Assembly: GCA_965261545.1 (NCBI GenBank)
Contig: CBDHDF010000010.1
Span: forward strand, 672,001-736,000
Length of the DNA: 64,000 bases
Direction of reading: 5' to 3'
Origin: Bdellovibrionales bacterium
Lineage (GTDB): Bacteria > Bdellovibrionota > Bdellovibrionia > Bdellovibrionales > UBA1609
Positions 49,247 to 56,638 of this stretch are shown here, one piece after another. The translations under genes and the position numbers were made by a program. Under the pieces are notes generated by a model. The model searched no databases, was not told the origin of the DNA, and worked only from the letters and a program-made list of their open reading frames with translations. Numbering within the stretch: position 1 is the stretch's first letter; every line of letters begins with the position of its first letter.

Positions 49247-50448
49247 TGGGAACTCGAATTTTATATCTTGATGATGAAGTCCATCAGCACATCTCTCTGG
49301 AGGTCCTCATTCCCGAAGAATGGGAAATTCACTGCTTTGCAGACCCCCTCAAGGCTTTGGACGCCCTCTCAGAGATTGATCCCTGGATTATTATAAGCGA
49401 TCAGAGAATGCCTCATATGCAGGGTTTTCGATTTTTGGAATTGGCAAAAACAATGACCCCTGACGCCATTCGAGTTATCACCACGGGCTACAGCGATGAA
49501 AAATCCATTGTGGAGTCCATTCGCAAGGCCCAGGTCTTTGATTATATTGTCAAGCCCTGGGATACAAACAAACTCTTAAAATCCCTGGAGAGAGCGGCTC
49601 ATTTTTACGAAAGTGAAAAAGAGAAAAAGGAGTTAAACCAAAGACTCCAGAGAAAAAACAAAGAACTCAAAGACCTCTGCGATCAATTGGGCTCTCTCGT
49701 TCGTAGCCATGAAAAAATAGAAGAAGAATTGAAAAGCTGGGTCCACCCCTTTGTCATGCAGGCGGCCGCTGTGAATATCCATTTTCCCATTCAAAAAGAT
49801 ATCGCAGCCCTTGTCATTGATATTATCGGCAGCAGTGAAATACACGAAAAAATCACTGACAATATGCCCCTACGTATTCGAGTGCTACAAACAGCTTGGG
49901 AAATTATTCTTCGCCACGGTGGTGAGGTGGAGTCCCAAGAAGGAGATAAGATCTATGCCAATTTTGGTTTATTTGATTTGGTAAAGCACCCCGCCAACGC
50001 CGCCCTGGCCGCAGCCAAAGAGCTAAGATCAAGTCTCCAAAGCCTCAATGATCACTATGGAACCAGTGTCGAGTGTGGTGTGGCTGTTCATGTGGCCAAT
50101 AAATGCTCTGTCTTTCTAAGAAAGGCTGTTTTAAATACAGAAAGTGGTGTTAAAGTGCGAAAGAAATTTGATACAAGCTCCTTAGATATTGATCTCACCC
50201 ACAGGCTGGAGGACATCACCCACCAACTCCCCGGAAGCAATATCATGCTCACAAGAGATTTATTTGACTATCTAGAACGCCCTCCCGATAAAAACCAAAT
50301 CACTTCCCTGGGACACTATGTTTTAAAAGGCCAGTTGCAACCGGCAGAGTTACTTCTCATTAAATCCAACCGTGTCACCCAAGAAGAAATTGAAGAACTC
50401 AAAAGCAATTACTTATCCCAATTCTCTCTAGAGAAGAAGGTTGCCTAA
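49246..50448 (+). CDS. response regulator receiver fused to class III nucleotidyl cyclase-like domain
   Basis: REC (LDDE, SDQRMP, TGY, VKPW), coiled coil, cyclase motifs VIDIIGSS, EGDKI, RLE, LKG. TAATG overlap with the kinase. Confidence 0.82.
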   Translation: MGTRILYLDDEVHQHISLEVLIPEEWEIHCFADPLKALDALSEIDPWIIISDQRMPHMQGFRFLELAKTMTPDAIRVITTGYSDEKSIVESIRKAQVFDYIVKPWDTNKLLKSLERAAHFYESEKEKKELNQRLQRKNKELKDLCDQLGSLVRSHEKIEEELKSWVHPFVMQAAAVNIHFPIQKDIAALVIDIIGSSEIHEKITDNMPLRIRVLQTAWEIILRHGGEVESQEGDKIYANFGLFDLVKHPANAALAAAKELRSSLQSLNDHYGTSVECGVAVHVANKCSVFLRKAVLNTESGVKVRKKFDTSSLDIDLTHRLEDITHQLPGSNIMLTRDLFDYLERPPDKNQITSLGHYVLKGQLQPAELLLIKSNRVTQEEIEELKSNYLSQFSLEKKVA

Positions 50449-50531
50449 GCAGCAAGGCCGCATGCCGCATAAACAGAAGAGAAAGAGCATTGAAGACTTC
50501 TGATAACATGTGAGACCCCTGTTCTCTTTCT

Positions 50532-51365
50532 CTAAAAGCTTTTAATCAATGGCGATGGTGTCAACCTTCGCCATTGAAAAGAGGGGGCCTGAAAGTAGTG
50601 GTTCAAAAAGGGAACCAAACAGGACCCTATCATAAGGGCATAAATCAAACCATTCTCCATAAAGAAATAATAATGGAAGGTAAGGGCTGCGATGGCCACA
50701 AAAGATGAGAATACGACTTGACCCATAAAGTGATGGGGAGCACTCCTAGGGTCAGAAATCATAAAAAAAGCAAAAATTAAGAAAGAACCTTTTAAGGCTG
50801 TGTGATAGAAAACAGCCATTTCGTAACCCAGATAAATATTTCGTATAAGAACTCCTCCCAAGTAAAAGATGAGAAACAACCAAGCCGTATGACTCTGGCG
50901 CATTTGACCAGCGATCAAGCAGCCCACAGCGATGACCCATGCTGATATGGAAATCCCTGAGCCCCATTGTCCCGGTGAAATCCAAGCCTTATTCCACAGT
51001 AAAATCGCAAAGATGCCAAGAGCTGAAGGGTTGAAGATATGTTGGCCCTTGTATTGTAGAAGAAATTTTGAATGGATGGCGATAAAGGCCGCAAGGGGAT
51101 GCATCCATAAGTTATGGCTTCTTAAAAGAAGAACAATACTGAGGGAGCTAATAAGGGCACTGAGAAAACTGTGAGATTTGAGATTTAATTTTTTTATCCA
51201 AAAAAATTGTGTGAGTAGACCCGAAGCCAAGGTCAGAGGAACCTGCATCCATCGAAAAGATAGATCAAACATCCATAGGCCATAAATAAATAGACTCGCT
51301 AGGAATATGATCTGTATATACCTTACGTCTTTGATCAACACCCGCATGTCCTTGGTCAACAACAA
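50532..51365 (-). CDS. RnfD/NqrB-like integral membrane protein (stand-alone)
   Basis: Polytopic; SALIS, HIFNPSALG, ISPGQWG, FAFFMISDP. Confidence 0.7.
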   Translation of the reverse strand: MLLTKDMRVLIKDVRYIQIIFLASLFIYGLWMFDLSFRWMQVPLTLASGLLTQFFWIKKLNLKSHSFLSALISSLSIVLLLRSHNLWMHPLAAFIAIHSKFLLQYKGQHIFNPSALGIFAILLWNKAWISPGQWGSGISISAWVIAVGCLIAGQMRQSHTAWLFLIFYLGGVLIRNIYLGYEMAVFYHTALKGSFLIFAFFMISDPRSAPHHFMGQVVFSSFVAIAALTFHYYFFMENGLIYALMIGSCLVPFLNHYFQAPSFQWRRLTPSPLIKSF

Positions 51366-51461
51366 ATATCCTTACCTTAGCCACAACCGCATGCCCTTAA
51401 TCAATCCAACGGCATGTCTTTGGTCAACAACAGTTTATTGTTTATGCTTATTACTTATTGC

Positions 51462-52883
51462 TTATTTCCACAGATTTTTCCACCATGGGTCTTTGGATGT
51501 GGGAGTGTGTGATCCAGGAGATGAAGAAGAATTCATATTTTTTCTAATCTCTTGGATATTCCACCCTGTCAGTCGAGCCAATACTTGAGCTTCTTTTTCT
51601 TGACGCTGGGGGAGATTTGCAAAATACTTCTTGGCCGCCTGACATTGTGAGGGTGATCCCTTCCAAGGATGTCGTAAAATATAACGACCCTGGAAGTTTC
51701 TCGTGTCACGTGTTTCGTGAAACATCAAGTCTGCGGGAAAGGTCTTGTCCGTGTAACGAAGGTGAAGACGAGTGACCTTAACAGGTTGTGCCCCTCCTTT
51801 TGAGCGAGAAAAAGTCCTCCCTTGGGGCGAGAAAGAAGAACGGTTGGAGGGACGATTTTTTCCTCCTTGATTTTGATTCAACCAGAAAACACCCAAGCCT
51901 TTTAACTCTTGTTGAGTCAAAGGATCTGCGGCACAGGGATCACACCAACCCATATCCCAATAGTACTCCATAAAAACAGTTTTCATCTGTTCTCTTGCCA
52001 CCTGTGTTTTAAAAATATCTTTGTAGAAGTCAGAAAATTTGTCTTTAACATAGATAGGTATCTCCACATCTGTGGGTATCTTGGTCGTAACATAGTTTGT
52101 GGTTTCCACACGGCCATTTTTGGTCAACACATAGACAAATAAATCCTGGGGGCCTTTGGAGTTTAACATTCCCAGTCGAATGGGGAGCATAAATTTTTCT
52201 GAGGAAAAAGCAAATTGAAGGGGCCTTAGATATGTGAGGCCCGCTCTCGCTTGTTGCTCCAAATTGACTTTGGCCACAAAGAATTTCATTTTTTGTTTGA
52301 TGTAGGGTTGAAGGGCCCTATGAGCCCCCTTGGGGATGTTATACTTGTTCAGTTTAAGCCATGTCTCCAAACCATGGGATTCTTTGGCTGAGAGAACAAC
52401 AATATCGTACTCCCCCACAGTGAATTTCTCTTCCACGGTGACTCCAAGAGATTTCTTTTTGGGGGGAGCCCCTCTTAAGCTTAAGGACTTGTTGAGGTTT
52501 CTGTTGCTCTCCATGGCGTCGTATACTATATTTGGCCGACAGGGGTCCTCATCAAAGTATTCAACAAGCCTTGGTGCCGTGAAGGAGTCAATTCTTTCAA
52601 AAAGTTTCTTATCCCCCACATGCACCTGTTCTTTCTTGAGAATCGAAGGAAGGGGAACCACAAGAGCAAAATTTTTCAAAGACCCCTCATAGTCATTCAT
52701 CATACTGATAACTGTTTTATTCTCATGCCTCACCAGAACAACTTGAGAGGCTTTGTTAAAAAGCTTTGCATTGCCCTTGGCCACATAAAAGCCGCAAAAC
52801 CCATGAGCTTGATAAAAGGGTAAAAATAAACATAGAGTGATAACATACAAAAAAACATACTGAGCTTTCATTTTTTTCTCCAT
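51462..52883 (-). CDS. DUF2330-family secreted protein
   Basis: Signal peptide then FCGFYVA, FALVVPLP, TAPRLVEYFDEDPC, VGEYDIVVLSA, MLPIRLG, TRLHLRY, NFQGRY. Confidence 0.82.
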   Translation of the reverse strand: MEKKMKAQYVFLYVITLCLFLPFYQAHGFCGFYVAKGNAKLFNKASQVVLVRHENKTVISMMNDYEGSLKNFALVVPLPSILKKEQVHVGDKKLFERIDSFTAPRLVEYFDEDPCRPNIVYDAMESNRNLNKSLSLRGAPPKKKSLGVTVEEKFTVGEYDIVVLSAKESHGLETWLKLNKYNIPKGAHRALQPYIKQKMKFFVAKVNLEQQARAGLTYLRPLQFAFSSEKFMLPIRLGMLNSKGPQDLFVYVLTKNGRVETTNYVTTKIPTDVEIPIYVKDKFSDFYKDIFKTQVAREQMKTVFMEYYWDMGWCDPCAADPLTQQELKGLGVFWLNQNQGGKNRPSNRSSFSPQGRTFSRSKGGAQPVKVTRLHLRYTDKTFPADLMFHETRDTRNFQGRYILRHPWKGSPSQCQAAKKYFANLPQRQEKEAQVLARLTGWNIQEIRKNMNSSSSPGSHTPTSKDPWWKNLWK

Positions 52884-53118
52884 AACATACTTGCTAAAAC
52901 ATCCATCTTTATTATTTTAACTTCATCAAATTAAGGTGGTCTGCACTCGATGTCACGACAAGTTCTAATAACCTCCACCATTATCATCTTAAATCTATTC
53001 TAACGTCTTGTTAGAAAGACTAAGTTGTTAGTCAAACCCGACAAAATGCCATCTCACTATAATCTAATACAATACAAATACTTTCTTATAAGTTCTCACT
53101 TAGAGTTTGAGGCGAAGA

Positions 53119-53151
53119 GTGACTGGGCCATGGAAATCATGGCCCAGTCAC
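53119..53151. other. perfect 14-bp hairpin in the pstS leader
   Basis: GTGACTGGGCCATG-GAAAT-CATGGCCCAGTCAC. Confidence 0.7.
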
Positions 53152-53179
53152 GAAAATCACGAGAGTCGATTGGAGCGAT

Positions 53180-54214
53180 ATGTCAACCGGTTTGTTAAGC
53201 CACTCAAAACCTTCATCAAAGCATTTTAGTTATTCATTACGCTATTTACTGAGTCACTCAAGTCATTTCATTTCTAAGCGTCCTTACCTTTTTATGCTGC
53301 TTAGGCTAGCCGTGGCCTTCAACTTATGCCTATGGACCACTTCCTGCGGTGGTAAAAAGAGACTGAAAAACGATATCCGAATTGACGGATCAAGCACAGT
53401 TTTACCCATTACCTCCGCCATTGCTGAAGAATACGGAAAGGTGGAGCCTAGGGTTCGCATCCTTGTTGGTAAATCTGGCACAGGGGGGGGCTTTAAGAAA
53501 TTCCTAGCCAAAGAAACGGACATCAATAACGCTTCGAGGAAAATAAAGTCCCAAGAGGTGAATTTGGCCCAAGCCCGAGGCTTCCAATATATTGAACTTC
53601 CTGTTGCCTACGACGGGATCACGATCATCATTCACCCAAGCAATGATTGGGCCCAATGGATCACTCCCATGGAATTAAAGAAGATATGGGAATCAGGAAG
53701 TCAGGTGAAGCTATGGAGCCAGATTCGCAAAGAGTGGCCCCAAAAGGCAATTAAACTCTTTGGTCCAGGAACTGATTCGGGAACTTTTGACTACTTTACC
53801 AAGGTCATCAACCATAAAGAGCACTCTTCACGCAAGAACTACACTATGAGCGAAGACGACAATGTCCTTGTCACAGGAGTTGCTGGAAATAAGTACGCTA
53901 TGGGCTATTTAGGTTTTGCCTATTACTCTGAAAACAAAGATAAATTAAAAGCTCTACCTGTGGGTAAAGACAAAAAATCTGCCATAATCCCCTCCATGAA
54001 AAACATCAATAGTGGCTCCTACAAACCCTTGTCTCGCGAAGTCTTTATCTATATTCACAAAAATGCGGCTCAACGCCCTGAAATCAAGTCTTTCATCAGC
54101 TTTTACCTGAGCCAAGCCTCAAATATTGTCAATGAAGTGGGCTATGTACCACTCACCCAAGCTGAATACAAACAAGCTCTTTCAAACTTCTCCCGATTTG
54201 TGGCGCACCAATAA
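53180..54214 (+). CDS. pstS: phosphate ABC transporter substrate-binding lipoprotein
   Basis: IDGSSTVLP, SGTGGGFKKF, DSGTFDYF, SEDDNVLV, YKPLSR. Confidence 0.93.
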   Translation: MSTGLLSHSKPSSKHFSYSLRYLLSHSSHFISKRPYLFMLLRLAVAFNLCLWTTSCGGKKRLKNDIRIDGSSTVLPITSAIAEEYGKVEPRVRILVGKSGTGGGFKKFLAKETDINNASRKIKSQEVNLAQARGFQYIELPVAYDGITIIIHPSNDWAQWITPMELKKIWESGSQVKLWSQIRKEWPQKAIKLFGPGTDSGTFDYFTKVINHKEHSSRKNYTMSEDDNVLVTGVAGNKYAMGYLGFAYYSENKDKLKALPVGKDKKSAIIPSMKNINSGSYKPLSREVFIYIHKNAAQRPEIKSFISFYLSQASNIVNEVGYVPLTQAEYKQALSNFSRFVAHQ

Positions 54215-54272
54215 CTCAATCCAATCTAACAAATACACAAATACGAAGAACAAAGAACTTGGACCTACAAAT

Positions 54273-55193
54273 TTGAAAATCACTCAAAAACAAGAAACGA
54301 AATTTCCTCTTAAGAATTTACTTATTGAGAGAAGCGTTTTCGCCTTCCTTTTGCTCTGTCTCCTTACCACTCTTATAACCACAGGAACAGTTATCGCCAT
54401 TCTTGGCAAAGAATCCTTTGATTTCTTTTCCCAAGTCCCTTTGTTCGACTTTCTCTTTGGAACTCAATGGGGCCCTCTCGTTGAACCAAAATCTTTTGGA
54501 GTGCTTCCCCTCGTTGTAGGGACAGCATGGATTGCGGGGGGCTCCATTCTCGTTGCACTTCCCATAGGGCTTTTGGTGGCTATTTATTTAAGCGAGTACG
54601 CAAGTGCCAAAGGCAGGGGCATCATTCAACCTGTCTTAGAGATCCTTGCGGGCATACCCACCATTGTCTATGGATTTTTTGCCTTGGCTTTTGTCACTCC
54701 CCTCCTTCAAAAAATCTACCCTGAGACCCAAATCTTCAATGCGGCCTCAGGAGCTATTGTAGTTGGCATTATGATTCTTCCCATGATCTCATCCCTTTGC
54801 CATCAAGCTCTACGAGCCCTACCCCATGAAATAAGAGAGGCAGCCTACGCCCTTGGTGGATTCCGCTACGAGGTCATACTCTATGTTTTGCTCCCCGCAG
54901 CAGGAGGCCGAGTCGCAGCAGCCACTCTCCTTGCTATTTCAAGGGCTATTGGTGAAACCATGGCTGTCACCCTCGCCGCAGGAGCCACGCCCACAATGCT
55001 CGCCTATCCCACAGAAAGTATCCAAACAATGACGGCCTATATTGTCCAAGTGAGTCTCGGAGATACCCCTGCCGGAGGCGTGGAATACCTCACTTGCTTT
55101 GCCGTGGGGGCCCTTTTGTTTGTCATGACGTTAACTCTCAATATTATTGGAAACCACCTTATTATTTCCATGGATAAGAAACACTTGATATAA
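54273..55193 (+). CDS. pstC: phosphate ABC transporter permease
   Basis: AIYLSEYA, LEILAGIPTIVYG, REAAYALG, SRAIGETMAV. Start uncertain (TTG at 54273 chosen). Confidence 0.92.
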   Translation: MKITQKQETKFPLKNLLIERSVFAFLLLCLLTTLITTGTVIAILGKESFDFFSQVPLFDFLFGTQWGPLVEPKSFGVLPLVVGTAWIAGGSILVALPIGLLVAIYLSEYASAKGRGIIQPVLEILAGIPTIVYGFFALAFVTPLLQKIYPETQIFNAASGAIVVGIMILPMISSLCHQALRALPHEIREAAYALGGFRYEVILYVLLPAAGGRVAAATLLAISRAIGETMAVTLAAGATPTMLAYPTESIQTMTAYIVQVSLGDTPAGGVEYLTCFAVGALLFVMTLTLNIIGNHLIISMDKKHLI

Positions 55194-55254
55194 AGGATAC
55201 AAGAACGATGGGTATAAAGGGTATAAAGAGTGTAAAGGGTGTAAAGAGGTTTCC

Positions 55255-56094
55255 ATGACGAGAACTCAAAAAGACAAAGTTTTTTTTGCGCTCTGCTGGC
55301 TCATGACCACCTTGGCTGTTGTCACCTTGCTTCTCTTATTGGGAAGCATTTTCGTAGATGGGTGGAGGTCTCTCTCACCCGATTTTTTGTCTCAATTTCC
55401 TTCGAGAAAGCCCTCCCAAGCGGGACTTAAGTCCGCCCTTTGGGGAAGTATATGGGTGATTTCCCTCACAGGTTTTTTTGCCATCCCTGTGGGCATTGCC
55501 ACAGCTCTATGCCTTGAGGAGTACTTGCCCAAGAATAAGTGGACTCAATTTTTACAAATTAATATTTCCAACCTTGCAGGCATGCCCTCTATCATTTATG
55601 GCCTCTTGGGTCTGGCTATTTTTGTTCGGTTCTTGGGCCTCGATCGAAGTATTGTTGCAGGGTCCCTCACTCTCGCTCTTCTCATTCTCCCGGTCATTAT
55701 TGTCGCCTCTCAGGAAGCCATACGAACCATTCCCCACTCTCTCAAAGAAGCCGCCCATGCCCTTGGCACCTATAAGTGGCAAGTGACATGGGGGCATATC
55801 TTGCCTGCCGCCCTTCCTGGTATTATGACAGGAATCATCTTAGCTCTCTCCCGTGCCATTGGAGAAACGGCCCCCCTGATTGTTGTCGGTGCTTTTAGTT
55901 ATGTGGCCTTTGTGCCCCAATCTATCATGGACCCCTTCACGACCTTACCTATTCAGATTTACAACTGGGCGGGCAGACCCCAAGAGGCTTTTCACAACCT
56001 CGCCGCAGGAGGCATCATCGTTCTTTTGGGCCTATTGCTAAGCATGAATTTTATCGCTATTACCATCCGCAATAAGTTCCAAACCTACAAATAA
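55255..56094 (+). CDS. pstA: phosphate ABC transporter permease
   Basis: LEEY, NLAGMPSIIYGLLG, SRAIGETAPL, LPIQIYNW. Confidence 0.93.
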   Translation: MTRTQKDKVFFALCWLMTTLAVVTLLLLLGSIFVDGWRSLSPDFLSQFPSRKPSQAGLKSALWGSIWVISLTGFFAIPVGIATALCLEEYLPKNKWTQFLQINISNLAGMPSIIYGLLGLAIFVRFLGLDRSIVAGSLTLALLILPVIIVASQEAIRTIPHSLKEAAHALGTYKWQVTWGHILPAALPGIMTGIILALSRAIGETAPLIVVGAFSYVAFVPQSIMDPFTTLPIQIYNWAGRPQEAFHNLAAGGIIVLLGLLLSMNFIAITIRNKFQTYK

Positions 56095-56107
56095 TCAAAT
56101 CAGATGC

Positions 56108-56473
56108 TTATTCGCATTTAAGGTTATGGTAAATGTTAAATAGGCTGCCTGTTATTTTGACATAAAGCCCCTTGTCCCCACATTGACTGCGCCAAAAACG
56201 GTACGTGTTCACAACAGTGTCCACTCTCATATAGGCTCCATGACAACTTCTAAACCCACCGGAATTGGCTTTTTTCCACCGACTAGATCCTTTGCCATCT
56301 TTAGTATAACACTTTGTTGAAAGGCCAAATCCTGCCCGATTGTCAATGCGTATATAACCCCATTCGTTCGTATTGGGTTCTTCATGCTCTATGGACATTC
56401 CAAGAGCCATCGACGAAAATAAGGCCCAGCTTATAAAAATGGTAACAAATCGAAATCCAACAAATGTCTTCAT
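56108..56473 (-). CDS. small secreted hypothetical protein
   Basis: AAGGAG SD, signal peptide, beta-rich domain with four Cys. Confidence 0.7.
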   Translation of the reverse strand: MKTFVGFRFVTIFISWALFSSMALGMSIEHEEPNTNEWGYIRIDNRAGFGLSTKCYTKDGKGSSRWKKANSGGFRSCHGAYMRVDTVVNTYRFWRSQCGDKGLYVKITGSLFNIYHNLKCE

Positions 56474-56486
56474 ATTTTTTCTCCTT

Positions 56487-56532
56487 ACAATTGTATCCTC
56501 AATCTAACAATTGTATCCTCAATCTAACAATT
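56487..56532. repeat. perfect 20-bp tandem duplication
   Basis: ACAATTGTATCCTCAATCTA x2 plus ACAATT. Confidence 0.9.
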
Positions 56533-56638
56533 TTTTCCATATGATAGAAGCATTTCAATATTTAATATAGAAAATCCAGACTCACTCAAAGTTTGAATGA
56601 ATGGCAACGAAGTTGTGAATTAAAAACCAAGACCTCCT

